A stretch of 64,000 nucleotides of DNA, from NCBI GenBank assembly GCA_041649615.1, contig JBAZMT010000004.1:691-64690 (forward strand), in the 5' to 3' direction. Every line of letters begins with the position of its first letter. Positions within the stretch are counted from its first letter, which is position 1. Positions 19,765 to 29,980 of this stretch are shown piece by piece. Origin of the DNA: Parcubacteria group bacterium (GTDB lineage: Bacteria; Patescibacteriota; Minisyncoccia; UBA6257; Colwellbacteraceae). Under the pieces are notes generated by a model. That model was given only the letters and a program-made list of their open reading frames with translations. It ran no database searches and had not been told where the DNA came from. Both the position numbers and the translations under genes were made by a program.

Positions 19765-20457
19765 ATGGGTAAGAAGAGGATTTTTGCAACCATTCTCACT
19801 GTACTGCTCGTTGTCTTCCTCGCGGTTCTCGCGGGGGTATTCACTCGGATATGGTGGACAGGATTGCTCGTAGGAGCAATCCTAACTTGGCACTTTCTCA
19901 TAAGAGGATTGAAGCAGGTGGATCTGGATCCCCCAACCCACGAATGGGAGGCCACTTTCTGTGGGAAAAGGACCGGCTATTACCTCGGCGAAGGATGGCA
20001 CTGGCTGCCGATTTTCTGTGGAGCTAAGCCGGTTGGCGGTGAAAAGAAGAAGCGCAGTTCTGACTTCATGAAAGCGAAGAAGAAAATCGGCGGATTCTTT
20101 TTAATTACAATTGCCGTCAGCCTCATTGCGAGTCTTCTTTCTGTCCCCTATCTCCTTAGCGTTGAAGCGGAAAGAGAAGCCGCCAAACCGATCATTTACG
20201 TATCGGCGGGCGAAACGAAGAACATTCGTATTCCGTCCGGCGAGTGGTCTGGAGTAATTGTAATTAGGGGAGAGCATTTCATCGCCGATCCTGACGGGAA
20301 AGTGACATACAAATTCCCGAACGATCGACAAGTCAATGATGGTCCCGGATTATATGTGAAGATGGATACGTATTATCCATACGAGAACGAAACATTCATC
20401 TTCAACACCTTTAACCGTGACCAAACCGATGTGGTTCTGACCGTATCGGTAGACTAA
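19765..20457 (+). CDS. Membrane protein; N-terminal part resembles the start of an SPFH/band-7 domain
   Basis: AAGGAG before ATG 19765; own TTGACA-17-TATAGT promoter; two TMs, ATFCGKRTGYYLGEGWHWLP, a third TM and a beta-rich tail. Confidence 0.6.
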   Translation: MGKKRIFATILTVLLVVFLAVLAGVFTRIWWTGLLVGAILTWHFLIRGLKQVDLDPPTHEWEATFCGKRTGYYLGEGWHWLPIFCGAKPVGGEKKKRSSDFMKAKKKIGGFFLITIAVSLIASLLSVPYLLSVEAEREAAKPIIYVSAGETKNIRIPSGEWSGVIVIRGEHFIADPDGKVTYKFPNDRQVNDGPGLYVKMDTYYPYENETFIFNTFNRDQTDVVLTVSVD

Positions 20458-20459
20458 AA

Positions 20460-20489
20460 CAAAACCCGCAATCATATTGCGGGTTTTTT
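20460..20489. terminator. Bidirectional intrinsic terminator
   Basis: AAAACCCGCAAT-CAT-ATTGCGGGTTTTTT between convergent genes. Confidence 0.75.
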
Positions 20490-20503
20490 ATTGCGTAATA
20501 TTT

Positions 20504-20776
20504 CTATACGTTGCTTCCGATGAAGTTTGATATGAGGATAGGCAAGCTCTTTGATACGATCGCGAGTGCAATACCTATGGCCGCATAAATAAGCTTGTCT
20601 TTTGCGGATTTGAGCTTGTCCGCACTGCCTGCGGCCGTTAAATAGCTGAAAGCCGCCCAAAGAAGAAAGAATACCGAAAGTGCAATAAAAACGCCGAATA
20701 CAAAATTGCCTATATTGTTTATCAGCGATTTTATTTGTTCGGGATCAGTGATATTTACTCGATCGACGTCATCCAT
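20504..20776 (-). CDS. VirB2/TrbC-like pilin
   Basis: Two hydrophobic helices linked by YLTAAGSADKLKSAKDKLIYAAIG. Confidence 0.8.
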   Translation of the reverse strand: MDDVDRVNITDPEQIKSLINNIGNFVFGVFIALSVFFLLWAAFSYLTAAGSADKLKSAKDKLIYAAIGIALAIVSKSLPILISNFIGSNV

Positions 20777-20865
20777 AGTTTATTTATTGATATGTGAAAT
20801 GAATAAACGACCTTTTTGTTTTCATTATTCTGATTGTAGCAAATTCATTCGCTATTTAACAAAAA

Positions 20866-21234
20866 TTATACCGTTAAAAGATTTCTAATAACGACTTCCA
20901 CCGCTTTGGATAAAACTATGGCGGCGACTCCGACCGAGGTCCAAAGAACGGTTTTTCTTGCTTGCTTCACCTTTTCGTCATTTCCTCCGGAGGTAAGGAA
21001 AAGAAATCCGGCCCATAAATACATAAGGGCGGCAACGGGGATGACGATCCAAAGCAGACCGTTAATGATTCCGTCAATAAGAGTGGCCGGATCGCCGGCG
21101 GGAAGATTCAAAGGGTTTACGATCGTAAACGAGGGCAATCCGCTTCCGGAGTCCGAGCCTTCCCCCGCTGCGAGCGCGATACCGTGTCTAGACACCTCCA
21201 GAAATATTTTTTGGAATATTGTTTGCATACTCAT
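20866..21234 (-). CDS. VirB2/TrbC-like pilin
   Basis: IVNPL..WAGFLFLTSGGNDEKVKQARKTVLWTSVG; probable start MSMQ at 21234. Confidence 0.8.
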   Translation of the reverse strand: MSMQTIFQKIFLEVSRHGIALAAGEGSDSGSGLPSFTIVNPLNLPAGDPATLIDGIINGLLWIVIPVAALMYLWAGFLFLTSGGNDEKVKQARKTVLWTSVGVAAIVLSKAVEVVIRNLLTV

Positions 21235-21239
21235 ATATT

Positions 21240-21668
21240 TTAGAATAACCACGGCATTAAGGAAGTCGCTTCGCTCGTTAGCCCCAGTGACCTAATGACT
21301 ATGCCGATGATAACTCCCGCGCCGAGGGCGATCGCGACACCGATAACGGCGGATTTAATAAATCCCTTCCCCATACCTACGCGTTTTTCATTGCCTCCGG
21401 ACGTAAAGAGAATAAAAGCTCCCACGACGATCATTAAACCGGCTATGGGCAAAACGACCGAATAAAGAAGACCGATAACGTTGCTTACGATTTGCAAGGC
21501 GTCGCACCAGCCGACGGTACTTGCGATATTCGTGGCGCTTTGAAAACGGGAAGGGGTAATGCCTTGTCTGATATCAAACGGCGAAATCGTACATCCGGTA
21601 GTGGCAGACGATCCCTCTCCGGCCGCGTGGATGATAAACGGGGCGATTATTTTTCCGATAATGTTCAT
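21240..21668 (-). CDS. VirB2/TrbC-like pilin with a Cys pair
   Basis: GAFILFTSGGNEKRVGMGKGFIKSAVIG between two TM helices. Confidence 0.8.
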   Translation of the reverse strand: MNIIGKIIAPFIIHAAGEGSSATTGCTISPFDIRQGITPSRFQSATNIASTVGWCDALQIVSNVIGLLYSVVLPIAGLMIVVGAFILFTSGGNEKRVGMGKGFIKSAVIGVAIALGAGVIIGIVIRSLGLTSEATSLMPWLF

Positions 21669-21690
21669 GTATACATTATATATGATGGGA

Positions 21691-22899
21691 TTAGCGGAGA
21701 AGACTGTTTATGTCGGTTCCGGCTTCGGAAAGAGCTCTTGAAATGGATACTTTGTCGTCTATAACCGACTTGATCATCTCGTTAAACACCGCAAATACAC
21801 CTTCCGAGGCCGGCATATTCCAGCTTCTCGCCGTCAAAGCTTGTGAGGCGAAAACGCCAAGCGCGGGATCGTTAATGTAGTTTTCTATGAGATTTCTCAA
21901 AGCGGGCGGGCGACCGGAAGATTTTAAATAACTTTCGGCGATTGAGGGATTCGTCGTGGCATAAACGATAAATTGCCAAGAGGTCTGCTGTTCCAAGGAT
22001 TTATTAGAAACCGCGAAGCCGTAATATCTTGCCGGAACGACCGGAGAATTGACGTTGAATTGCGGTAAAGGCGCGATCGCGAAATTGGGAGTCGGATTTA
22101 ATTTTTCAAGCGTGGGCTTTAGGGATTCGTAATCAAGGATCATTCCGATCGTTCCGTTCGCAAATCCCGTGTAGGTTTCAACGGTCGGCGGTTTGATGCT
22201 CGTATAAAGTTCCAAAGCGGACGCTCCTTCGGTACCGGAGATCCTTACGAATGATTTGTTTTGGAGACTCAAATCGGCGTTCGCCTGCATCAGAAGCGCG
22301 TTTATAATGTCTCCGGAACGGGCAACGAGCGGAGCGTATCCGCCAAAGGAAGCGGTTACGCCGCGAGCGACCGCATTTTTGAACGCATCCCAAGTGTTAG
22401 GAGGAAGAGGAACGTTTCTTCGGTCTAAAACGTCTTTGTTGTAGTAGAGCGCCAACGTATCAATAAAGAGAGGAGAGGCATAAATTTGGCTTCCCGAAAT
22501 GAAGTCTTGAACGGCCACTTGAGGGAACAAATCGGAAAATCTTCCCGTAGAGATAATGGTCGTCGGCGCGGGAACCGCTTTATTCATGTGCTTTCTGATC
22601 CAGTCCGATCGGAACATAAAAATGTCCGGTCCGTTGCCCGCCGCGAGGGCGTCAATTAATTTTTGTTCGTAGGTACTTTCGGGAAATTTCTCATATTTTA
22701 TCCGCACTTCGGGACGTTCGTCGCGAAACCCTTTTATCGCCGCTGCGAAATCTTCGTCATTGTCAATTCCCCAAATAACGAGATTTACTCTTTTTTGTTC
22801 GGGTCGGATGCCGATACCTGAAAAAATAACGGCGGCAAAACCGATGACTAAAACTACGCCGACGCAGATGATGATAATCTGACTTTTGGACAGTTTCAT
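21691..22899 (-). CDS. Membrane-anchored extracellular solute-binding protein (sugar-binding family)
   Basis: LVIWG, LAAGNGPDIF, ALYYNKD, PPNTWDAF motifs. Confidence 0.85.
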   Translation of the reverse strand: MKLSKSQIIIICVGVVLVIGFAAVIFSGIGIRPEQKRVNLVIWGIDNDEDFAAAIKGFRDERPEVRIKYEKFPESTYEQKLIDALAAGNGPDIFMFRSDWIRKHMNKAVPAPTTIISTGRFSDLFPQVAVQDFISGSQIYASPLFIDTLALYYNKDVLDRRNVPLPPNTWDAFKNAVARGVTASFGGYAPLVARSGDIINALLMQANADLSLQNKSFVRISGTEGASALELYTSIKPPTVETYTGFANGTIGMILDYESLKPTLEKLNPTPNFAIAPLPQFNVNSPVVPARYYGFAVSNKSLEQQTSWQFIVYATTNPSIAESYLKSSGRPPALRNLIENYINDPALGVFASQALTARSWNMPASEGVFAVFNEMIKSVIDDKVSISRALSEAGTDINSLLR

Positions 22900-22924
22900 T
22901 CGTCCGTTAATTATAACAGTTAAT

Positions 22925-22950
22925 TACAGACAAATAACGCCCGCTATTTT
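22925..22950. repeat. Direct-repeat copy of the gyrA 3' end (att-like); other copy at 23851-23876
   Basis: Identical 26-mer TACAGACAAATAACGCCCGCTATTTT at both positions. Confidence 0.9.
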
Positions 22951-22963
22951 GTTTTCTATTTTT

Positions 22964-23482
22964 CTAAAACCGATAAAGAAACAATTTAGATGCTTTATCA
23001 AATGGTTTTATAGTCTTATCGGGTATGCGATTGGGAAGAGGAGAAGAGTAAAAGACAGCTCTAGACCCCGGTTTTAATTCTTTTTCAAATTTTGTTTCTA
23101 GTCTAGATAGAGATTTTGGAGTCAAAAAACAAAAAACAACATCGGCGATAGAGAGATTATATTTATGAAGATCTCTCCAAAGAGCAGATGAATTCTTTCC
23201 AAACAAAAAACAGTTTATCTTTGACATCAACAAATGATGAGGAGAAATCTCGAGTCCGATTGCATGTGCACTAAATTCACGATCGGCAATTATCAGGGTT
23301 CTACCGTTGCCGCAGCCGAGATCCAAAAAATTTTCTTCCTTTTGAAGATCAGCTAATTTAAAAGCTTCTCTTATTATTTCTTTAGAGGACGCGAGGTAGG
23401 GAGAAGTCGTTATGGCCGCATAAACGGTTATAGTTGTCGTAAATGACAATAAAATGGCTATTAATATCCATAAGAAAATCAT
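22964..23482 (-). CDS. Class I SAM-dependent methyltransferase with N-terminal TM
   Basis: FLDLGCGNG, GLEISP, ADVVFCFL, ELKPGSR. Confidence 0.85.
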   Translation of the reverse strand: MIFLWILIAILLSFTTTITVYAAITTSPYLASSKEIIREAFKLADLQKEENFLDLGCGNGRTLIIADREFSAHAIGLEISPHHLLMSKINCFLFGKNSSALWRDLHKYNLSIADVVFCFLTPKSLSRLETKFEKELKPGSRAVFYSSPLPNRIPDKTIKPFDKASKLFLYRF

Positions 23483-23587
23483 GTATTTACGTTAGCTTTT
23501 CGTGCCGTATTTGACAATATGATCAACCTATATCACTGTTATTATGGAAGTATTAATAAGCCAAATAGAGACTGAGGAGGTGATACT

Positions 23588-23773
23588 ATGCCCATATCTG
23601 ATAAGGAAAGAGAGGCCTATAGAAAAGGCGAAGATGAGGCAAACTTTATAAGAGATAATCCGATTTCGTATCTCCTTACCGGAGGAATACATAGTCGGCC
23701 GGATGAGCCAAATCTAGCCGCTGCCTTTGACAAAGGTTTCGCAAGAGAACAACTCGATAAGGACAAGAAGTAA
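23588..23773 (+). CDS. Small orphan protein (61 aa)
   Basis: GAGGAGGTG SD and upstream TTGACA; AYRKG..AFDKG repeated motif. Confidence 0.65.
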   Translation: MPISDKEREAYRKGEDEANFIRDNPISYLLTGGIHSRPDEPNLAAAFDKGFAREQLDKDKK

Positions 23774-23849
23774 TGGATATGTCTGCACTTTTTGGAAAAA
23801 CTCCGATGTTAAACATCGGAGTTTTTTAATTCATTGCGACAAATATTCA

Positions 23850-26288
23850 CTACAGACAAATAACGCCCGCTATTTTATCTCCTTGATTCAAGTCAATAAG
23901 GCGAACGCCTTGCGCCGCGCGGGAAGTTTTTCTTACGGAATCAATGGTGGTTTTCAAGATTTGTCCTTTGACCGATATGGCCACCAGTTCTTTTTCCTGC
24001 GCTAGAACCCTTGAAGCGGCAAGTTCCCCCGTTTTCGGGGTAACGACGGCCGTGATTATTCCTTTTCCGCCCCGGGTTTGCGTTTTGTATTCCTTAAGCG
24101 GAGTTTGTTTGGCAAATCCCTTTTCCAAAACGTTCAAGAACATGGCGTTTCCGGATTGTCCCCCCGAAATGACGTCGAAAGAAGAAACCGTGTCTCCCGA
24201 TCTAAGGGAAATTCCTTTTACGCCCGCGGTTGCGCGAGACATCGGGCGGACGCCCGATTCCTTGAATCGAATGGCAAGTCCTTTTCTCGTGCCAATAATG
24301 ACGTCGTCTTTTCCCGAAGAAAGCCGGACAGAAACAAGCCTATCCCCTTTCTTCAAATTAATGGCGATAATGCCGCTTTTTCTTACGGAACCGAATTCTT
24401 CAAGAGAAGTTTTTTTAACAATGCCTGATTCGGTCGCCATAATAAGGTATCCTCTACTCTCATTTTTTTTGAGGGAAGGATAAGAAACGATGGCCGAGAT
24501 GGTTTCTTCGGCGGGAATTTCAAGAAAATTGTGAATGGTTCGTCCTTTGGAAACGCGGGAAGCGGCGGGTATGTCGTAAACTTTCGTTTGAAAAACTTTT
24601 CCGCTGCCGGTAAAGAAAAGAATGTTGTCGTGCGTGTTCGCAGCGATGAAGTGCGTTAACACGTCTTCTTCGCCAACGTCCGATCCGATGACTCCTTTGC
24701 CTCCCCTGTGCTGGCTTTTAATACTCGTGGCAGGAAGACGCTTGATGTAACCGCCGAGGGAGAGCGTGATCATACATTCTTCCGCGGGAACCAAATCCTC
24801 TTCGCTGAATTCTTTTAGCCCGCCCGCAATCACGCGCGTTCGTCTCTCATCACCGAATTTTTCCCTAACCTCGGCAAATTCGCGTTTTATAAGCGCGAGC
24901 ATTTCGCGTTCGCTTTTAAGCAAGGCTTCCAGGTCTTTGATCAGTTTCTTTTTTTCGGAAAGTTCGTCCGTGATTTTTCCTTTTTCAAGAGTGGAAAGAG
25001 TGTAAAGCTTCATTTCGGCGATCGCTTCCGCCTGGGGTTCGGTGAAGCCGAAATTTTTCGTAAGGTTCGCTTTAACGTCCGCTTTGTCGTTTGATTTCTT
25101 GACGGTGGCGACAACCTTATCAATGATATCAATCGCTTTCGCGAGTCCTTCCAAGATGTGCGCTCTTTCGCGCGCTTTTGTGAGATCGTATTCCGCTCTT
25201 CTCCGGACGACTTCTCTACGATGTTCAATGTGAGCTGAAAGCACGTCCTTCACGGACATCAAGGACGGCTTCAATCCTTTGCCGAGCGCGATCATGTTCA
25301 AATGAAAATCTTTTTGGAGATCGGTTTGCTTGTATAACTGGTTTAAAATCTTTTGGGGAACGGCGTCGTTTTTCAAGTCAATCACGATGCGGATGTTTTT
25401 ATCCGATTCGTCTTTTATGTCTTTAATCCCTTCAATCTTTTTTTCCTGAACGAGTTCGGCGAATTTAATAATGAGCTCCGCCTTGTTTACCTGATAAGGA
25501 ATTTCGGTAATGACAATGCTCTTGTCTTCAATCTCCGCGACTCCGCGCATGGTTATTTTTCCTTTTCCCGAAGAATACGCTTCGGCAATTCCGCGCTTGT
25601 CATAAATCACGCCGCCAGTCGGAAAATCGGGGCCTTTGATGTAATCCATCAATTCGGTCGAAGAGGCGTCCGGATTGTCTATAAGATAAGTTGAAGCGGA
25701 AAGTATTTCATCCAAATTATGCGGCGGGATATTCGTGGCCATACCAACGGCGATACCCACCGTTCCGTTTAACAAAAGATTCGGGATTTTTGCCGGAAGA
25801 ACCATAGGCTCGTTGTGCGTGCCGTCAAAATTCGGCATAAAATCAACGGTTTTTCGGTCAATGTCCAAGAGAAGCTCTTCGGCCACTTTGGACATTTTGG
25901 CTTCCGTGTAGCGGTAAGCGGCGGCGCTGTCTCCGTCAATGGAACCGAAATTCCCCTGTCCGATGACAAGCGGATAGCGAACGGAAAAATCTTGAGCCAA
26001 ACGGACCATCGCTTCGTAAACCGAAGAATCGCCGTGAGGATGATATTTACCGAGTACTTCGCCGACTACGGTCGCCGATTTTCTGGTTTTGGCGCCGGAG
26101 GTAAGGCCGGACTCCCACATAGCCCATAAGATTCTCCGTTGAACCGGTTTTAATCCGTCGCGGACGTCCGGCAGAGCGCGATCAACGATGACGGACATCG
26201 CGTAATCAAGAAAAGATTCGCGGAGTTCTTCCGTTATTTCCCGAGGATTAATTTTGCCGCTTGGAACGGTTACGTTTTTTTCTTCCAT
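23850..26288 (-). CDS. gyrA: DNA gyrase subunit A
   Basis: [30 protein letters not shown], GyrA-box-like QHRGGKG, beta-pinwheel CTD. Confidence 0.97.
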   Translation of the reverse strand: MEEKNVTVPSGKINPREITEELRESFLDYAMSVIVDRALPDVRDGLKPVQRRILWAMWESGLTSGAKTRKSATVVGEVLGKYHPHGDSSVYEAMVRLAQDFSVRYPLVIGQGNFGSIDGDSAAAYRYTEAKMSKVAEELLLDIDRKTVDFMPNFDGTHNEPMVLPAKIPNLLLNGTVGIAVGMATNIPPHNLDEILSASTYLIDNPDASSTELMDYIKGPDFPTGGVIYDKRGIAEAYSSGKGKITMRGVAEIEDKSIVITEIPYQVNKAELIIKFAELVQEKKIEGIKDIKDESDKNIRIVIDLKNDAVPQKILNQLYKQTDLQKDFHLNMIALGKGLKPSLMSVKDVLSAHIEHRREVVRRRAEYDLTKARERAHILEGLAKAIDIIDKVVATVKKSNDKADVKANLTKNFGFTEPQAEAIAEMKLYTLSTLEKGKITDELSEKKKLIKDLEALLKSEREMLALIKREFAEVREKFGDERRTRVIAGGLKEFSEEDLVPAEECMITLSLGGYIKRLPATSIKSQHRGGKGVIGSDVGEEDVLTHFIAANTHDNILFFTGSGKVFQTKVYDIPAASRVSKGRTIHNFLEIPAEETISAIVSYPSLKKNESRGYLIMATESGIVKKTSLEEFGSVRKSGIIAINLKKGDRLVSVRLSSGKDDVIIGTRKGLAIRFKESGVRPMSRATAGVKGISLRSGDTVSSFDVISGGQSGNAMFLNVLEKGFAKQTPLKEYKTQTRGGKGIITAVVTPKTGELAASRVLAQEKELVAISVKGQILKTTIDSVRKTSRAAQGVRLIDLNQGDKIAGVICL

Positions 26289-26293
26289 GTTGT

Positions 26294-26854
26294 TTATGAC
26301 TTTAATACCACGAGACGAAATCCTTCTTCCGCTTCAAGGTCTTTTTTCTTGATAGTCAGTTTTTCAGTGGACTCCGGTTTTTGGCCGGTTTCATTCATTA
26401 CCACTTTAGGGTCTCCCCATCCGGGGATGGCAACCGCGGGATCAATTGACTTGATGAGTTTTCCCGAGATGGGTTTACCCGGAACAAAAAGAATGTCTAT
26501 GTCTCCCAAATCATCAAGGGCGTCTTCGCTTAATTCTTCCGATACGTCTCCCAAGAGCGCGATAGAAAGACCATCGGCTTCTATTCTATAAGCCGTTTTG
26601 AGAACGTTTTCCCGTGAATCTTCAGTCGGGATCGCAACCCCTTTTATCTTTACGCCCGACGTTTCATACTCGCCGGGAACGGATATTTCGGTGTCGGATA
26701 AACCATTAATATCCAAAGGAAGTTCGGTTTTAGTCTTTATAATGAGGTCGCCTTTGAGCCGTCCGCCCGCGGGGCTCGTGGAAGGATCTACCACAATATC
26801 GGCGCCTGACGCTTGGATTTTATAACACCCGCCGCCGTACCAGTTGATTATCAC
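26294..26854 (-). CDS. Metallo-beta-lactamase-fold protein, metal ligands degenerate
   Basis: [36 protein letters not shown]; GTG start at 26854. Confidence 0.75.
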   Translation of the reverse strand: MIINWYGGGCYKIQASGADIVVDPSTSPAGGRLKGDLIIKTKTELPLDINGLSDTEISVPGEYETSGVKIKGVAIPTEDSRENVLKTAYRIEADGLSIALLGDVSEELSEDALDDLGDIDILFVPGKPISGKLIKSIDPAVAIPGWGDPKVVMNETGQKPESTEKLTIKKKDLEAEEGFRLVVLKS

Positions 26855-26926
26855 GCCTCGTAATTTAGCAGAAAAAGCCTTGATTTTCAATAAAGTATAG
26901 GGTTATCATCTGATGCATAAAACAAC

Positions 26927-27994
26927 ATGGATAGTTTAGCTCAACTCATAAAAACCCGTCCCGATTTGGCTCCCATATTAAAGAAGGGAGAGATAGTGGA
27001 AGCGAAGCTCGTTTTGAAAACTCCGAAGAAGGCCTTTTTTGAAATAGCGAGAATTGGCACCGCAGTCGTTTACGGGAGAGAATTCTTAAACGGCCGCGAA
27101 GTGATAAAGGGCTTAAACGCGGGCGAAGCGGTAAACGCCAAAGTGGTGGATCCGGAAAACAAGGAAGGCTTGATTGAACTTTCTCTTACCGAAGCGGATA
27201 AACAAAAAGCCTGGGGGCTCGTCAAGGAGATACAGGAAAAAGACGAGCCCGTGAAAGTAAAAGTGTTCGGCGCGAATTCCGGAGGGCTTTTAGTGGAACT
27301 TTTTGAACTAAAAGGATTTTTACCCGTTTCCCAGCTTTCCGTGGAACATTATCCGCGAGTAACCGAACAAACGAGAGAAAAAATAATTGAAGAGCTTAAT
27401 AAACTTGTGGGGCAGGAGCTAGAAGTAAAAATCATCGGATTAAATCCCCGAACGAACAAGCTCATTGTTTCCGAAAAAGAAGTATTGAGCCAGAACGTTA
27501 AAGACTTAATAAATCAGTACAAGTCCGGAGACGTGGTAACCGGCATCATTTCGGGACTCGCTAATTTCGGCGCATTTATCCGATTCGCGGATAATCCCGA
27601 AATTGAAGGATTGATCCACATATCCGAACTCGGACATAAGCTTATAGAATCGCCTAAGGAAATCGTAAGCGTGGGCGATATGATCAAAGCGCAAGTGATT
27701 GAGGTCAAAGACAACAAGATTTCGCTTTCGCTTAAAGCCTTGCAACCCGATCCGTGGAAAGACATTGAAAAGAAATATAAAGTCGGCGATACGGTTAAGG
27801 GCACCGTTTACAAGTTCAATCCGTTCGGAGCTTTTGTTAAACTTACGGAGGACATAGTCGGTCTCATACATATTTCTGAATTCGGAAGTCCCGAAGAAAT
27901 GAAAGCAAGACTCGTGTTGAATTCCCAGGAGGACTTCCGCATTGAAGCGATAAAGCCGGAAGAGAAAAGAATAATTCTGAAACTTCCGAGTTAA
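26927..27994 (+). CDS. rpsA: 30S ribosomal protein S1 (about four S1 domains)
   Basis: GFLPVSQL, FGAFI..EGLIHISEL, SLSLKALQPDPW. Confidence 0.9.
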   Translation: MDSLAQLIKTRPDLAPILKKGEIVEAKLVLKTPKKAFFEIARIGTAVVYGREFLNGREVIKGLNAGEAVNAKVVDPENKEGLIELSLTEADKQKAWGLVKEIQEKDEPVKVKVFGANSGGLLVELFELKGFLPVSQLSVEHYPRVTEQTREKIIEELNKLVGQELEVKIIGLNPRTNKLIVSEKEVLSQNVKDLINQYKSGDVVTGIISGLANFGAFIRFADNPEIEGLIHISELGHKLIESPKEIVSVGDMIKAQVIEVKDNKISLSLKALQPDPWKDIEKKYKVGDTVKGTVYKFNPFGAFVKLTEDIVGLIHISEFGSPEEMKARLVLNSQEDFRIEAIKPEEKRIILKLPS

Positions 27995-28005
27995 AAGGAG
28001 GAGAA

Positions 28006-29838
28006 ATGTTAAAACTTTTTAAAAAATTCGCGTGGGTAGCGATCGCGCTTTTGGCGGTTGCCGTTCTTTTTGCGTCTCTCGTATCGGAGAAGCAGTCTCA
28101 AGTTTCCGGTTTAAACGACATTGCGGTGAAGATCACGGCGGGAGAAGTCAAGAGACTTGAGCTTACCGATAACGTTTTAACGGCCGAATTGCAGGACGGA
28201 ACGTGGATTTCCGCAACCAAAGAATCAACGGCCGGCGTTACGGAAATTTTGAAAGATTACGGCGTTTCGGCGGAAGAATTGAGAAACGTTCCTTTTGAAG
28301 TCAAAAACAGTTCGGCGAAAAGCGTATTCTGGGGAATCATCGTTCCGACCGCGTTACCGATAATCGCGCTCGCTTTGCTTTTCTTTTTGTTCCTTCGCAA
28401 AGCGACCGCCGGAGCAAATCAGGCTCTTTCTTTCGGCAAATCAAACATCAGGCTCTTTACTAATCTTAGAGAGAAGATTTCTTTTAAAGACGTAGCGGGA
28501 TTAAAGGAGGCGAAACAGGAATTGGAAGAAGTCGTGGATTTTTTGAAGAATCCGAAAAAATATCAGGAATTGGGCGCGAAAATCCCAAGAGGAGTACTTC
28601 TCATGGGACCTCCGGGAACGGGAAAAACCTTGCTCGCGCGGGCGGTCGCGGGCGAAGCGGGAGTGCCTTTTTTCCATATTTCCGCTTCAGAATTCGTGGA
28701 AATGTTCGTGGGAGTCGGCGCTTCGCGCACGAGAGACGCTTTTAAAACGGCTAAGGCGGCCGCTCCGGCGATTTTATTCATAGATGAAATAGACGCGGTG
28801 GGACGTGAACGCGGCGCGGGACTCGGCGGAGGACACGATGAGAGAGAACAAACCCTTAACCAAATCCTCGTTGAGATGGATGGTTTCGATCGAGACGAAA
28901 AAGTGATAGTGCTTGCCGCCACGAACAGACCGGACGTTTTGGATCCCGCGCTTTTGAGGCCGGGGAGATTCGACCGCCGCGTGATTCTTGATTTGCCGGA
29001 CATCGGAGAACGGGAAGAGATTTTAAAAATTCACTCCAAGAACAAACCGATGGCGAAAGATTCCGACTTGAGGAAAGTGGCCGTAAGGACTCCCGGATTT
29101 TCGGGAGCGGATTTGGAAAATCTCATAAACGAAGCGGCGATACTTTCCGCGCAAAAGAATTTGAAAGAGATTCCCCAAGAGACAATGTATGACTCCATAG
29201 AAAAAGTCTTGCTCGGGCCCGCAAGAAAGAGCCGAATAATTTCCGACAAAGAAAAAAAGATGACGGCCGTTCATGAAGCGGGACATGCCGTTGTGGCCGC
29301 GGCAATCCCCGATTCCGATCCGATACAAAAAGTTTCCATCGTAAGCCGAGGAAGAGCGGGCGGATATACGATGAAACTTCCGCTTGAAGAAATCCGACTG
29401 AAAACCAAACGTCAATTCATCGCGGACATTGCGATGCTTGTTGCGGGCCATGCTTCCGAAAAAGAATTCTTCAAAGACGTTTCAACTGGAGCTTCGGATG
29501 ATTTAAAGAGAGCTTCGGAAATTGCGCGCGCGCTTGTTACCCGTTACGGAATGAGCGATAAGTTGGGGCCTATGACATTCGGCGACACGGAAGAAACAAT
29601 TTTCTTGGGACGAGAAATCACGACCGAAAGAAATTATTCAAACAGCACGGCCGAAGAGATTGACAAGGAAGTCAGAAAATTTATTGATACGGCTTATGAC
29701 GCGGCTCTCGCGGCGATCAGAAAATACAAGCACGCTTTGGAAAAGGTGGCAGATGAGCTTGTTAAAAAAGAGGTTCTGGAGCAAGACGAATTTTATGCGA
29801 TCGTTAGTGAATACGGTTTGAAACAAGCCACGATTTAG
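28006..29838 (+). CDS. ftsH: ATP-dependent zinc metalloprotease FtsH
   Basis: Two TMs, [22 protein letters not shown]. Confidence 0.97.
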   Translation: MLKLFKKFAWVAIALLAVAVLFASLVSEKQSQVSGLNDIAVKITAGEVKRLELTDNVLTAELQDGTWISATKESTAGVTEILKDYGVSAEELRNVPFEVKNSSAKSVFWGIIVPTALPIIALALLFFLFLRKATAGANQALSFGKSNIRLFTNLREKISFKDVAGLKEAKQELEEVVDFLKNPKKYQELGAKIPRGVLLMGPPGTGKTLLARAVAGEAGVPFFHISASEFVEMFVGVGASRTRDAFKTAKAAAPAILFIDEIDAVGRERGAGLGGGHDEREQTLNQILVEMDGFDRDEKVIVLAATNRPDVLDPALLRPGRFDRRVILDLPDIGEREEILKIHSKNKPMAKDSDLRKVAVRTPGFSGADLENLINEAAILSAQKNLKEIPQETMYDSIEKVLLGPARKSRIISDKEKKMTAVHEAGHAVVAAAIPDSDPIQKVSIVSRGRAGGYTMKLPLEEIRLKTKRQFIADIAMLVAGHASEKEFFKDVSTGASDDLKRASEIARALVTRYGMSDKLGPMTFGDTEETIFLGREITTERNYSNSTAEEIDKEVRKFIDTAYDAALAAIRKYKHALEKVADELVKKEVLEQDEFYAIVSEYGLKQATI

Positions 29839-29854
29839 GGCATAATGCGGGGAA

Positions 29855-29896
29855 CTCGCCTACGCTCAAAACGTTAAAAGCTTCGGCGAAGCGAAG
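29855..29896. repeat. Short palindromic REP-like element just before tRNA-Ile
   Basis: TCGCCTACGCT..AGCTTCGGCGA imperfect hairpin. Confidence 0.4.
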
Positions 29897-29897
29897 C

Positions 29898-29975
29898 GCG
29901 CCTGTAGCTCAGTCTGGTTAGAGCATGGAGCTTATACCTCCAGGGTCCTTGGTTCGAATCCAAGCAGGCGCACCA
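29898..29975 (+). tRNA. tRNA-Ile(UAU)
   Basis: Acceptor stem GCGCCTG/CAGGCGC, anticodon arm TGGAG-CTTATAC-CTCCA (TAT at 29933-29935), GGTTCGAATCC, encoded CCA. Confidence 0.92.
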
Positions 29976-29980
29976 AAAAA

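Noticed and set aside
18092-20457. Prophage or integrative element built on the tyrosine recombinase and tRNA-Leu
   Set aside because: The recombinase looks like a housekeeping XerC/D. I found no duplicated tRNA 3' end and no phage genes.
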